NCBI GenBank assembly: GCA_947475735.1
Contig: CANJLQ010000014.1
Coordinates: 51,751-115,750 of the forward strand
Reading direction: 5' to 3'
DNA from: Caulobacteraceae bacterium
GTDB taxonomy: Bacteria; Pseudomonadota; Alphaproteobacteria; Caulobacterales; Caulobacteraceae
Length of the DNA: 64,000 nucleotides
Within the stretch, counting starts at the first letter, position 1, and every line of letters starts with the position of its first letter. Under the pieces are notes generated by a model. That model worked only from the letters and a program-made list of their open reading frames with translations. It was not told where the DNA came from and did no database searches. The position numbers and the translations under genes are program-made. Positions 19,081 through 29,072 of this stretch are shown here, piece by piece.

Positions 19081-20226
19081 ATGACCGCTCACCGCGCCCG
19101 CCTGACCGAGTTCGACATTCGCCGCCTGATCAAGGCGTCCGACGACGACGACCGGGCCGCCGCCGCGCACAAGCTGTGCCGCAGCATGGACCGCATCGAC
19201 CTGACCGACGAGGACCGCCAGGCCGCGCACAAGATCATGCGACTGCTCGCTGAGGACGCCGCCGAACTGGTTCGCCGCGCCTTGGCCGTGACGCTGAAGA
19301 GCTCCGACCTCCTGCCCCACGACGTGGCGCGGAAACTGGCGATGGACGTCGATTCCATCGCCCTCCCGATCATCGGCTCGTCCCCCGTCTTCGCCGACGA
19401 GGACCTGATCGAGATCGTCCGCGCCGGATCCGCCGCGCGTCAGGTCGCCGTCGCGGCCCGCCCCCGCGTCTCCCGCGACGTCGCCGATGTGATCGCGGCC
19501 GAGGGCACCGAACCCGCCGTCCGGACCCTGGCGTCGAACGACAACGCCGACATGTCCGAACGCGCGCTTGGCCGGGCCGTCGATCGTTTCGGGTCGTCGC
19601 CCGAGGTCGTGGCCGCCCTGGCTTATCGCCAGGTCCTGCCGCTGGACATCACCGAACGCCTGGTCGCCCTGGCGTCCGAGGCTGTGCGCGACCACCTGGT
19701 CAGCCGCCACGCCATCGCGCCCGAAACCGCTATCCGCCTGTCGACCTATGCCCGCGAGCGTGCGACCCTCGACCTGATCGACCAGGCCCCTGGCGACGCT
19801 GACCTGCCCACCTTCGTCGCCCAGCTGAATGCGCGCAAAGTCCTGACGGCCTCGCTGCTTCTGCGGGCGCTCGCGCGCGGCAAGATGGCGCTGTTCGAGC
19901 ATGGGGTCGCCGAGCTGTCCTCGACGCCCCACCACCGCGCCTGGCTCATGGTGCACGACGCCGGTCCGCTGGGCTTGCGGGCCATCTATGATCGCGCTGG
20001 TCTGCCGCCCCGGCTGTTTCAGGCCTTCCGCGCCGGTGTCGACACCTGGCGTCAGCTGTCGCAGGAAGGGGCCGACACCTCGGGCGAGGCCTTCCGCGAG
20101 CGCATGCTGGAACGCTTCCTGACCCAGCGCCCGAACGCCCCGCGCGACGACGTCGCCTATCTGATGGAACGCCTCGACAAGCCGGCCGAGGGGCCGGTCC
20201 GCCTCGTGGCGGCAAACGCGGCGTAA
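19081..20226 (+). CDS. DUF2336 domain-containing protein (paralog 1)
   Basis: Helical-repeat protein. LAEDAAELVRRALAVTLKSSDLLPHDVARKLAMD and the ..LARGKMALFEHGVAELS.. pattern are shared with the second copy at 26500. Start at MTAHR (19081). Confidence 0.75.
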   Translation: MTAHRARLTEFDIRRLIKASDDDDRAAAAHKLCRSMDRIDLTDEDRQAAHKIMRLLAEDAAELVRRALAVTLKSSDLLPHDVARKLAMDVDSIALPIIGSSPVFADEDLIEIVRAGSAARQVAVAARPRVSRDVADVIAAEGTEPAVRTLASNDNADMSERALGRAVDRFGSSPEVVAALAYRQVLPLDITERLVALASEAVRDHLVSRHAIAPETAIRLSTYARERATLDLIDQAPGDADLPTFVAQLNARKVLTASLLLRALARGKMALFEHGVAELSSTPHHRAWLMVHDAGPLGLRAIYDRAGLPPRLFQAFRAGVDTWRQLSQEGADTSGEAFRERMLERFLTQRPNAPRDDVAYLMERLDKPAEGPVRLVAANAA

Positions 20227-20228
20227 GT

Positions 20229-20255
20229 TTCCTTCTCCCGCAAGGAGAGAAGGAA
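20229..20255. terminator. Stable hairpin between convergent genes (possible bidirectional terminator or 3-prime stabiliser)
   Basis: TTCCTTCTC / GAGAAGGAA 9-bp perfect stem, plus 2 further bp (one bulged A) closing a GCAA tetraloop. Starts 3 nt after the DUF2336 stop. No U-tract on either side, so not a canonical intrinsic terminator. Confidence 0.3.
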
Positions 20256-20269
20256 CGCGTCCGACTCCA

Positions 20270-23200
20270 TCACTCCGCCGCGATGGGCTGGGCGTCGTTG
20301 GCCGTCTGCTCTTGGGCTTCCCACTCTTCGATCTTGCGCGCCGTGTATTCGGGCGAGCGGGTGAAGCGGGCCAGGGCCCCATAGATCACCGGAACGACGA
20401 ACAGGGTCAGCAGGGTCGCGAACATGGCTCCGGTGAAAATCACCACGCCGATGGTCTGGCGGCTGCCTGCCCCCGCCCCCTGCCACAGCATCAGGGGCAG
20501 GGCCCCGAAGGCCGTGGCGATGGAGGTCATTATGATCGGGCGCAGACGCAGGCTGGAGCTTTCGACGATGGCTTCCTTGATGGAGCGGCCCTGGTCACGC
20601 AGCTGGTTGGCGAACTCCACGATCAGGATGCCGTTCTTGGCCGCGACCCCGATCAGGATGATCAGGCCGATCTGGGAATAGATGTTCAGGCTAGACCCCG
20701 CCATCAGCAGGCCGAACAGACCGCCGGCCGCGGCGAGCGGCACCGTCAGCATGATAACCGCCGGGGTGATCCAGCTCTCGAACTGCGCCGCCAGCACCAG
20801 GAACACGAGCAGCAGCGCCAGACCGAAGGCCGCCAGCACCGCGCCGCCCGCCTCCTGCTGATCGCGCGCCGCGCCGCCATACTGGATGTTGACGATGCCC
20901 TGAGGTTGCTGCGCGACCTGCTCCTCCATGAAGGCGACCGCGTCGGCGATGGTGGTGCCGGGATTCAGATCGGCTTGCAGGGTGATGGCCCGCTGGCGAT
21001 CCAGCCGGCGGCGATCCGGCGTCGCGCCCGTCGTTTCGGTCGAGACGACCGACGACAGCGGCACCAGAGCCCCGCCGCCCGTGCCGACGTACAGAGTGTT
21101 CAGATCGGCCAGGGAAGACCGGTCCTCGCGCTCGGTCTGCAGGATGACGTCGTATTCCTGACCACCGCGCAGATAGGTCGTGGCCCGGCGAGAGCCGAAC
21201 ATCGTCTCCAGCGTCCGGCCGATCTCCTGAGAGGAGACCCCCAGAGCCGCGGCCCGTTGAGGATCGACCTCGACCAGCAGACGCGGCGAGTTGGGCTCAT
21301 AGTTCAGGCGCGGGCGCGAGAAGCCGGGGTTCTCCTGTGACGCCGCCAGGATGGGCTGCAGCCACTGGAATATCTCGTTGTAGTCCGACCCCGTCACGAC
21401 CAGGTCGATGGAGTTACCGCCACCACCCCCGCCGCCGCGCTGGAAGGCACCGGGCGTCGAGGCATTGACCTGGGCATCGACCTGGCCGCGCAGCTTGCCG
21501 TTGATCTCCTGAGAGATTTCGTCGGCCGACCGCGTGCGCTCGGACCAGTCCTTCAGCACCATGACGGCATTGCCGGAGTTGAAGCTGCCGCCGCCGAACC
21601 CGGGTGCGGAGACCAAGAAGCTCTCGACCTCGCCTGCCTCGCGGTATTCGGCCAGGATGGGTTCCAGGCCCAGCATGATCTCTCGGGTGTAGTCGAAGCC
21701 GGCGCCCTCCGGCCCCTGAACCCGGACGGTGACGCGACCACGGTCCTCGGGCGGCACCAGCTCGCTTGGCAGGTTGAGGAACATCAGCCCCGCCCCGCCG
21801 CCGACCAGCAGAACGAGAGCGGACACGCCGATCACGGCGATCCGCCGGCCCACCAGCATATCCAGCGAGTTGGCGTAGGAGTTCTTCAGCTTGTCCATGG
21901 CCGAGTCGACGCGACGAGCGACCCAGCCGGAGCCTGAGGCGGGCTTCAGCAGCTTGGACGCCAGCATGGGCGACAGGCTGAGCGCCAGGAAGGCCGAGAA
22001 GGCGATCGAGGCCGCGATGGCCGCCGCCAGTTCGACGAACAGCCGGCCGACGTAGCCGGGCAGGAACATCAGCGGCGCGAACACCGACAACAGGACCACC
22101 GTCGTGGCGACCACGGCGAAGAACACCTGGCGCGTGCCCCGCTCGGCGGCGACCAGCGGCGGCTCGCCGTGATCCAGACGGCGCTGGATGTTCTCGGTCA
22201 CCACGATGGCGTCGTCCACCACCAGGCCGATGGCCAGCACCAGGGCCAGCAGCGTCAGCAGGTTCAGCGAAAAGCCCAGCGGGGCCAACACGATGAAGGT
22301 GGCCAAGAGGCAGATCGGGGCCACGATCGACGGAATGATCGCCGCGCGCAGGCTGCCCAGGAAGATGAAGTTGACCAGCGCCACCAGCACCATCGAAATG
22401 CCGATGGTGATCCAGACTTCCTCGATGGCGTGTTTGGTGAAGACCGAGTTGTCGGATCCGACGACCAGTTCGGTGCCCGGCGGCAGGCTGGACTGGATCT
22501 CCTCGGCCAGGGCCGTGACGCCCTTGGAGATTTCCAGATCGTTGGCCTGGGCCTGGCGGGTCACGGCCAGACCGATCTGATCCAGCCCGTTGCCGCGGAA
22601 CAGGCGACGGGTTTCCTCGGGGGCCTCTTCGACGCGGGCGATGTCGCCCAGGCGAGTGACATAGACAGGACGGCCCTGCAGGGCACCGGATGCGCCCGAT
22701 CCCGTCGGCTGGGCCCCGGTGGACACGGCGCCCGAGGCCCCGGCCGATGTCTGGGACGCGTTGCCTGTCGCGCTGATCGGCAACTGGGCGAAGTCCTCGG
22801 CGCGGGCATAGGTGCGGTCGACGCGGATCGTATAATCCTTGTCCGTCGACTCCAGCGAACCGGCCGGCAGTTCGACGTTCTGGCGAGTCAGGGCGGCTTC
22901 GACCTGGGTCACCGTCAGGCCCCGCGCCGCCATGGCGTCGGGGTCCAGCCAGATGCGCATGGCATAGCGCTGCTCGCCGTAGATCTGCACCTGAGCCACG
23001 CCGGGCACGGTGGCCAGGCGGTCCAGCAGATAGCGGTCGGCGTAGTCGGTCAGCTCCAGCCGGTCCATCGAGGACGAGCGCAGGAACAGGATCATGATCG
23101 GCTGGGAGTCCGAGTCGGCCTTGGCCACCTCGGGCGGATTGGCCTGGTCGGGCAGGGCGCCCTGCACCCGGCTGACCCGGTCGCGCACGTCCGACGCGGC

Positions 23201-23509
23201 CACGTCGATGTCGCGGTCCAGGGCGAACTCGATGGTGACGTTCGACCGGCCGTCACGGCTGGTCGAGTTGATGCGCTCGATGCCCTGGATGCCGGCGACC
23301 TGCTGCTCGATCGGCTCGGTGATCTGGTTCTCGATGACCTCTGCCGAAGCCCCCGGATAGCTGGTCGAGACCGACACGACCGGCGGATCGACGTCCGGAA
23401 GTTCTCGCACGGGCAGGAAGAAGAACGAGGCCGCGCCGATGACGCAAAGCACGATGGCCGCGACCGCCGCGAACACCGGCCTCCTGACCGAGACGTCGGA
23501 AAGCATCAT
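20270..23509 (-). CDS. RND-family efflux transporter permease (AcrB/HAE1-like)
   Basis: 1079 aa, 12-TM/2-loop architecture. N-terminus MMLSDVSVRRPVFAAVAAIVL and typical AcrB motifs. Confidence 0.93.
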   Translation of the reverse strand: MMLSDVSVRRPVFAAVAAIVLCVIGAASFFFLPVRELPDVDPPVVSVSTSYPGASAEVIENQITEPIEQQVAGIQGIERINSTSRDGRSNVTIEFALDRDIDVAASDVRDRVSRVQGALPDQANPPEVAKADSDSQPIMILFLRSSSMDRLELTDYADRYLLDRLATVPGVAQVQIYGEQRYAMRIWLDPDAMAARGLTVTQVEAALTRQNVELPAGSLESTDKDYTIRVDRTYARAEDFAQLPISATGNASQTSAGASGAVSTGAQPTGSGASGALQGRPVYVTRLGDIARVEEAPEETRRLFRGNGLDQIGLAVTRQAQANDLEISKGVTALAEEIQSSLPPGTELVVGSDNSVFTKHAIEEVWITIGISMVLVALVNFIFLGSLRAAIIPSIVAPICLLATFIVLAPLGFSLNLLTLLALVLAIGLVVDDAIVVTENIQRRLDHGEPPLVAAERGTRQVFFAVVATTVVLLSVFAPLMFLPGYVGRLFVELAAAIAASIAFSAFLALSLSPMLASKLLKPASGSGWVARRVDSAMDKLKNSYANSLDMLVGRRIAVIGVSALVLLVGGGAGLMFLNLPSELVPPEDRGRVTVRVQGPEGAGFDYTREIMLGLEPILAEYREAGEVESFLVSAPGFGGGSFNSGNAVMVLKDWSERTRSADEISQEINGKLRGQVDAQVNASTPGAFQRGGGGGGGNSIDLVVTGSDYNEIFQWLQPILAASQENPGFSRPRLNYEPNSPRLLVEVDPQRAAALGVSSQEIGRTLETMFGSRRATTYLRGGQEYDVILQTEREDRSSLADLNTLYVGTGGGALVPLSSVVSTETTGATPDRRRLDRQRAITLQADLNPGTTIADAVAFMEEQVAQQPQGIVNIQYGGAARDQQEAGGAVLAAFGLALLLVFLVLAAQFESWITPAVIMLTVPLAAAGGLFGLLMAGSSLNIYSQIGLIILIGVAAKNGILIVEFANQLRDQGRSIKEAIVESSSLRLRPIIMTSIATAFGALPLMLWQGAGAGSRQTIGVVIFTGAMFATLLTLFVVPVIYGALARFTRSPEYTARKIEEWEAQEQTANDAQPIAAE

Positions 23510-24660
23510 CGGGCTGATCCCTGGGCTGCAGGTGCGGCCGACCGGGTCGCAGTGCCCCGGCCACCTTCTCCACCGGCGCCCGCGACGCGGATCGGGGCAT
23601 TCGGCTGGATGCGGTTCAGGCCCGATCCGACTACGCGGTCATTGGCGCTGAGGCCAGAGACGATCTCGACGAAACCGCCCTCGACCGCGCCTGGCTGGAC
23701 CTCGACCCGCTGGGCCGTCGAGCCGTTCTCGCCGGGGGCGATCCGATAGACGAAGGCCCCTTCGCCTTCATACTGGACCGCGGACTCCGGCACCGCCGGG
23801 CTCTGGCGCTGACCCTCCTGGATGCCGACGCGCATCAGCATGCCGGGCCGGATGCGACCGCCGGGATTGGGGAACTCAGCCCGCGCGGTCACGGCGCGGG
23901 TCGTTTCATTGATGCGCGTGTCGATAAGGGCGATCCGACCCGCGAAGCTGTCGTCGCCATAGGCGTCGGCGGTGGCGGTGATCGGCAGGCCTTCGCGCAG
24001 CACGCTAAGGTAACGCTCCGGCACCGGGAAATCGACGCGGATCACGCTGACGTCGTCCAGGGTCGTGATGACGGCACCGGGGCTGATCAGGGTGCCAGCC
24101 GTCACGGTCGAGAGGCCCAGCACGCCTGCGAACGGCGCGCGGATGACGCGGTCGCCCTGGCGCGCCTGGGCGGCGGTCAGGGTGGCGCGGGCGGTTTCGA
24201 CGGCGGTCAAGGCGTCCTCAACCGAGACACGCGGCGCGACGCCGCGTTCGGCCAGGGTGCTGAACCGTTCGTACTCGCGCTGGGCCTGGGCCAGGTTGGC
24301 GCGGGCCTGGATGATAGAGGCTTCTTCTTCGCCCGCCTGAAGGCGAACGAGCGGCGCGCCGGCCCCGACCCTCTGACCGTCCTGGAACAGGACCGCGGTC
24401 ACCAGCTCCGACGTCGCCGAGGTGATGTTGACCGACCGCCGGCCCCGCGCGACGCCCAGAACGTCGATCTGGTCGCTGAACGGACGCAGAGCCACGACGG
24501 CCTCGGACACCGCCTGGCCGCGTCCGCCGCCGGGTCCGCCCGGACCGCCCGGGCCGCCACCGCCCTCATCTTCGGCGAACGCGACGCGCAGCACGGCGGC
24601 CACGATCATCAGACCGAGCACGACCGCAGCGGCGACGAGGAAGAAGTGTCGTTTGATCAC
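23506..24660 (-). CDS. RND efflux periplasmic adaptor (membrane fusion protein)
   Basis: Anchor helix VIKRHFFLVAAAVVLGLMIVAAV, coiled-coil hairpin and barrel motifs (RAPFAGVLG). ATGA overlap with the RND gene. Start placed at GTG 24660; the longer ORF extension is Arg/Gly-rich shadow. Confidence 0.85.
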   Translation of the reverse strand: MIKRHFFLVAAAVVLGLMIVAAVLRVAFAEDEGGGGPGGPGGPGGGRGQAVSEAVVALRPFSDQIDVLGVARGRRSVNITSATSELVTAVLFQDGQRVGAGAPLVRLQAGEEEASIIQARANLAQAQREYERFSTLAERGVAPRVSVEDALTAVETARATLTAAQARQGDRVIRAPFAGVLGLSTVTAGTLISPGAVITTLDDVSVIRVDFPVPERYLSVLREGLPITATADAYGDDSFAGRIALIDTRINETTRAVTARAEFPNPGGRIRPGMLMRVGIQEGQRQSPAVPESAVQYEGEGAFVYRIAPGENGSTAQRVEVQPGAVEGGFVEIVSGLSANDRVVGSGLNRIQPNAPIRVAGAGGEGGRGTATRSAAPAAQGSAR

Positions 24661-24778
24661 GCTGGTAATTCTCGAAGTCTGAAGGGCAGTTGGCCATAAC
24701 GTTTCCGCCGCGTCAGGCAACCTAAACAGTTTGTAACGTTGACCGTTCCCGTTTCCGTCGCGGGTCGATGCAACTTGG

Positions 24779-25561
24779 CTAGAACCGACGCCACACGGCC
24801 AGGATAGGGCCTTCGGCCAGCGGCGTCTCCCGCCCTGCGACGGTTCGCCGCCAGCCCGCCTGCAGGCTCCAGCGACCCAGGTGCCGGACGACCGACGTCT
24901 CGGCTGACAGCCATCTTGCCCCATCGTCGTCCGTCACGCCACCAAAGGCCTGGGCCAGCATCATCCAGTCCTCACCGAAATGGGCCCCCAGGGTCAGGTC
25001 GGCCCGCACCTCGTCCGGTAGGCCGTCGCGCATCCGCCGCGCCGCCTGAATCTCGACGAACATCCGGTCCGCGCCCCAGCGGCCCGCGACGGCGGCGGGC
25101 GCGCCAAAGCCCCGCCCGGCCGAGACCCGCACCTCCCAGTCCTGCTCGCCGACGCCTGGCGCGGCATAGCCAGCGTTGCGACCTTCGCCCGCGACCGCGT
25201 AGCCGGCATACAGGCTGACGGCGCCGTGATCGTCCCGCCATGCCTGCCAGGTCACCCCGACCTCGACCGGACCCCGGCCGGAATAGTCGACGAAGGCGTC
25301 CTCGCCCGACTGCCAGTCGCCCTTGAGCTGAAGCGTCAGCCGGTCGGTAAGGCCGTATTCGGCGAGCATGCCCGTCGCTAAATCCTCGCGCGGAGCGGGC
25401 AGGGGTCGGGCCGTGCCGGTCGAGTCGTAACCGCGGGTCGCCCGCATCGCCTCGGCCTTGGCGATGACCTGACCCTGTCCCTTCTTTTGGGCCCAGGCGC
25501 TGGCCTCGGCCGACGAGGCCGCCGCCGCGAGCATCATGCCCGCGATGACGGCCAGACGCAT
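24779..25561 (-). CDS. Small outer-membrane beta-barrel protein, unknown function
   Basis: Signal peptide MRLAVIAGMMLAAAASSAEASA. Alternating amphipathic strands and a C-terminal ..ILAVWRRF aromatic terminus. Confidence 0.6.
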   Translation of the reverse strand: MRLAVIAGMMLAAAASSAEASAWAQKKGQGQVIAKAEAMRATRGYDSTGTARPLPAPREDLATGMLAEYGLTDRLTLQLKGDWQSGEDAFVDYSGRGPVEVGVTWQAWRDDHGAVSLYAGYAVAGEGRNAGYAAPGVGEQDWEVRVSAGRGFGAPAAVAGRWGADRMFVEIQAARRMRDGLPDEVRADLTLGAHFGEDWMMLAQAFGGVTDDDGARWLSAETSVVRHLGRWSLQAGWRRTVAGRETPLAEGPILAVWRRF

Positions 25562-26325
25562 CAGGCGTCGTAGCCCGGCGATTTCCGATCCAGCAGCCTA
25601 AGCGCGCCCGGCCAGGCCAGACCGGAGATGAAGCCGATGCCCTTGCCCTGTTCCTTGGTCTCGGCCTGGGCCGCGTCGGGCGCCATCAGAACATGCTCTC
25701 GTCCGCCGGACAGGGCCGCCACCTGCTGGGCGCAGGCCCGCTCCAGGAAGAACATCCCGACCCAGGCCGCCGCCGCCGTCTGGCCGACCGCCAGGGTGCC
25801 GTGGTTGCGAAGGAGCATCAGTGGCTTGTCGCCCAGGTCCGCGACCAGCCGCTCGCGCTCCTCGTGGTTCAGCGCCAGCCCCTCATAGCCGTGATAGGCG
25901 ACCTGATGCTGCAGCAGGCAGGCGTTCTGACCGATCGGCAGCAGCCCCTCCTTTTGCGCCGCCACGCCCACGCCCGCCACAGTGTGCAGGTGGATGACGT
26001 AATGGGCGTCCTCGCGCGCGGCGTGGATGGCCGAGTGGATGGTGAAGCCGGCCGGATTGATGAAGCTCTGGGTCTCCTGGACGATCTTGCCGTCCAGATC
26101 GACCTTCACCAGCGACGAGGCGGTGATCTCCTCGAAGTAGTAGCCGTAGGGGTTGATTAGGAAGTGATGCTCGGGCCCCGGCACGCGGGCCGAGATGTGG
26201 GTGAAGATCATGTCATCCCAGCCGTGCAGAGCGACCAGCCGGTACAACGCCGCCAGATCCACCCGCGCCTGCCATTCCTCGGCCGAGACGCGCGATTTCA
26301 GCGAGGGGGTCGAGCCGTCGGCCAT
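25561..26325 (-). CDS. Class II aldolase/adducin-family protein
   Basis: EEWQARVDLAALYRLVALHGWDDMIFTHISARVP and HLHT..GVGVAAQ motifs. ATG 26325 is preferred over the TTG at 26388. Confidence 0.82.
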   Translation of the reverse strand: MADGSTPSLKSRVSAEEWQARVDLAALYRLVALHGWDDMIFTHISARVPGPEHHFLINPYGYYFEEITASSLVKVDLDGKIVQETQSFINPAGFTIHSAIHAAREDAHYVIHLHTVAGVGVAAQKEGLLPIGQNACLLQHQVAYHGYEGLALNHEERERLVADLGDKPLMLLRNHGTLAVGQTAAAAWVGMFFLERACAQQVAALSGGREHVLMAPDAAQAETKEQGKGIGFISGLAWPGALRLLDRKSPGYDA

Positions 26326-26499
26326 GGGCGCATCCTGAAAGAGTTTCGCGGGGTCGGCGACCGTCGCGCCAACCTGCGGTGGGGTCAAGAACGCCGTGGG
26401 ATTCAGGCTTCGTTAACCGAGTTTTCACGACCCAAGGCCAAGCTGGACCGTGTTCAGACCCTCTCCGACCGGAGCCGCCCTGTGACCGCTGTCGTGCAG

Positions 26500-27621
26500 A
26501 TGCAGACCTATCGCGCCGAAGAACCCGGCCTGGCGTCGTCCGCCGCGCGCTTGCTGGACCTTGCGCGGTCCAAGTCGACCGAGGATCGCCGGCGTCTCCT
26601 GCTCGGGATCACCGCTCTTTGCGACGCGACCCCGCCGGGGGCCGAGGCCTCGCCGTTGCTCGGCGACATCTTCATGATCCTGGCGCGCCAGGCGGAACGG
26701 GATATCCGTAAGGCGCTGTCCGAAAGCCTGGCCAAGGCCGAATGGGCCCCGCCCGCCCTGGTCGCCATGCTGGCCCTGGACGAGATCGAGATCGCGCGGC
26801 CGGTCATCGCCAACAGTCTGTTGCTGAAGGATCAGGATCTGCTGCGCGTGCTAGTCGAGGCCACGCTCGAACACCAGATCGAAGTCGCCCGGCGACCCCA
26901 CATCTCCAGCCAGATCGCCGATGCCATCATTGACAAGGGCGACCCCACGACCCTGACGGCCCTGGCCGGCAACCGCACGGCCGAGGTTTCAGAATCCGCG
27001 CTGGAGCGGCTGATCGATCACTCTCGCCGCATCGCCGCGCTGCGGGCGCCTCTGACGCGCCACCCTCGGCTCAACGACACTCTGGCGACCCAGCTCTATC
27101 AGTATGTCGGCCAGGCCCTGCGAGAGGCCATTGGCGAGCGGTTTCGCGTCGACGAATCCAAACTGGCCTCAGCGATCGACGCGGCGACCCGGCGCGTGGA
27201 GCCCCAGAAGGCCGAGCCAAAGGGCATCGAGGAGGCCGCCAGCGTCGTCGAGCGCGACGAGATGGAACGACGTCTGGTTGCCAAGCTGCAGGCGGGAGGC
27301 CAGCTCCGCGCCGGTTTCCTGATCCGGGCCGTGCGTGAAAAGCGTCTCAGCCTGTTCGAACACGGCATCGCCGCCCTTTCCGGCTTCACTCTGACCCAGG
27401 TTCGCGCGGCGATCCTGCGTCCCGGCTCGGACGCCCTGTTTCTGCTGTGCGCCTCGGTCGGCATCGATCGCGCGGTCTTCCCCGCCATTCTCGACGAGAT
27501 CCGCCTTTTGTCCGACGGCTGGCCCGGTGACGCCGACACCGGCATGCAGGGCCGCATGTCGTTGCCGCCCTCGGCCGCGGCGCGAGAGTTCCGGGCTCTG
27601 ATGGGGCATCTGGGGGACTGA
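26500..27621 (+). CDS. DUF2336 domain-containing protein (paralog 2)
   Basis: Same helical-repeat pattern as 19081-20226 (..[19 protein letters not shown].. versus ..LARGKMALFEHGVAELSST..). Start at ATG 26500 (alternative GTG 26482). Confidence 0.75.
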   Translation: MQTYRAEEPGLASSAARLLDLARSKSTEDRRRLLLGITALCDATPPGAEASPLLGDIFMILARQAERDIRKALSESLAKAEWAPPALVAMLALDEIEIARPVIANSLLLKDQDLLRVLVEATLEHQIEVARRPHISSQIADAIIDKGDPTTLTALAGNRTAEVSESALERLIDHSRRIAALRAPLTRHPRLNDTLATQLYQYVGQALREAIGERFRVDESKLASAIDAATRRVEPQKAEPKGIEEAASVVERDEMERRLVAKLQAGGQLRAGFLIRAVREKRLSLFEHGIAALSGFTLTQVRAAILRPGSDALFLLCASVGIDRAVFPAILDEIRLLSDGWPGDADTGMQGRMSLPPSAAAREFRALMGHLGD

Positions 27622-27691
27622 CGCCTCCCGAACCGACGAGGTCGGCGGGCATCGTTTGACTTCGCCGGCGGGCTCGGGCCACCTCGCCGTC

Positions 27692-28471
27692 GTGAACCCG
27701 CTCCCGCCTTCTCCCCGTATCGCCATCTGCGCCAGCGACCGGCCCGAGGCCGTGGCCGCGCGCGACCGGCTGATCGCCCTCTACGGCTCCGTGCCGGAGG
27801 CCGACGCCGAGGTGATCGTTGCCCTGGGCGGCGACGGTTTCATGCTGGAGACCCTGCACGCCAACATGGGCCGACGCACGCCGGTCTACGGGATGAACCG
27901 CGGCTCGGTCGGCTTTCTGATGAACGACTATCAGGAGGAGGGCCTGCCCGAACGGGTCGCCGCCGCCGGTCGCGCGGTCATCCATCCGCTGCAGATGGAC
28001 GCCTGGACAGAGAGCGGCGCGGCCCATTCCGGACTGGCCATCAACGAAGTCTCCCTGCTGCGCCAGACCCGCCAGTCGGCCAAGTTGCGGATCAGCATCG
28101 ACGGCAAGGTGCGGCTGGAGGAACTCACCTGCGACGGCTGCATGGTGGCGACCCCGGCAGGGTCGACGGCCTACAACCTGTCGGCGCACGGGCCGATCAT
28201 CCCGCTCGACGCGCGGATGCTGGCCTTGACGCCCATCAGCGCCTTTCGCCCCCGCCGCTGGCGCGGAGCCATGCTGTCCCACCGCGCCAAGGTCGAGTTC
28301 GAGGTCCTGGAAGCCGACAAGCGCCCGGTCAGCGCCGTGGCCGACGGTCTTGAGATCCGGCGGGTCGTCCGGGTCGCGGTCAAGGAGCGCCGGGACGTGG
28401 CCCTGACGATGCTGTTCGACGCCGGTCGATCGTTCGAAGAGCGCGTCCTGGCCGAGCAGTTCATGGCCTAG
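27692..28471 (+). CDS. nadK: NAD(+) kinase
   Basis: GGDGFML motif ([16 protein letters not shown]), [22 protein letters not shown]. Start is GTG 27692 or TTG 27656. Confidence 0.9.
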   Translation: MNPLPPSPRIAICASDRPEAVAARDRLIALYGSVPEADAEVIVALGGDGFMLETLHANMGRRTPVYGMNRGSVGFLMNDYQEEGLPERVAAAGRAVIHPLQMDAWTESGAAHSGLAINEVSLLRQTRQSAKLRISIDGKVRLEELTCDGCMVATPAGSTAYNLSAHGPIIPLDARMLALTPISAFRPRRWRGAMLSHRAKVEFEVLEADKRPVSAVADGLEIRRVVRVAVKERRDVALTMLFDAGRSFEERVLAEQFMA

Positions 28472-28538
28472 CTTGTTGAAGTCACGGCTTCTTAAGGCCC
28501 TTCGTGCATCATGAAAGCGAACGTCCAAGGAGCATGCT

Positions 28539-29018
28539 GTGAGCAACCCGGCTCAAGTCATCCGCCCGCCCAATGTCCTGCGCGCCAAGGTCGGCGGCGG
28601 GTTCGGCGGCATCAATGCCGATGCCATCGCCAAGGCCGAGGAGGCCCTGAAGGCGATGTCCGGTCAGTTCGGGCAGTGGCTGCAGGACGAGATCACCAAG
28701 CTGGACGCCGCCCAGGCGAAGATCCGGGCCGAGGGCTATACGCCCCAGACCGCCGAGGGGCTCTATTTTCGCGCTCATGACCTGAAGGGCCTGGGCACCA
28801 CCTATCAGTATCCGCTGGTCACGCGGCTGGCTGGATCGCTGTGCAAGCTGATGGACGATCCGGTCAGGCGCATGGACGCCCCGATGGTTCTCATCGACGC
28901 CCATATCGACGCCATCCGCGCCGTCGTTCGCGACCAGATCCAGACCGACGACCACCCCACTGGCCGCGTGCTGTCCGAAACGCTCGAAGCCAAGGTCGCC
29001 GCCCACCGCGAAGGCTAG
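28539..29018 (+). CDS. Stand-alone Hpt (histidine phosphotransfer) domain protein
   Basis: Phospho-accepting motif FRAHDLKGLGTTYQYPLV in a four-helix-bundle-sized protein. AAGGAG lies upstream of the GTG start. Confidence 0.65.
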   Translation: MSNPAQVIRPPNVLRAKVGGGFGGINADAIAKAEEALKAMSGQFGQWLQDEITKLDAAQAKIRAEGYTPQTAEGLYFRAHDLKGLGTTYQYPLVTRLAGSLCKLMDDPVRRMDAPMVLIDAHIDAIRAVVRDQIQTDDHPTGRVLSETLEAKVAAHREG

Positions 29019-29072
29019 GGGAGACGCCTCCACCGCCGGCTGCTAATCAGGCCGGACGCGGGGAGGAATCGC

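Noticed and set aside
24661-24778. Possible TetR-type operator upstream of the RND operon (two TAACGTT motifs)
   Set aside because: The match is a short self-complementary hexamer core occurring twice at irregular spacing. No regulator gene is adjacent and no extended dyad is present, so it is too weak to call.
20270-25561. RND pump operon lacking an outer-membrane factor, with the adjacent 260-aa beta-barrel as a possible novel exit duct
   Set aside because: The barrel protein is far too small and lacks the coiled-coil periplasmic tunnel of TolC/OprM-type factors. It is also separated from the pump operon by a 118-bp gap. RND pairs commonly use an outer-membrane factor encoded elsewhere.
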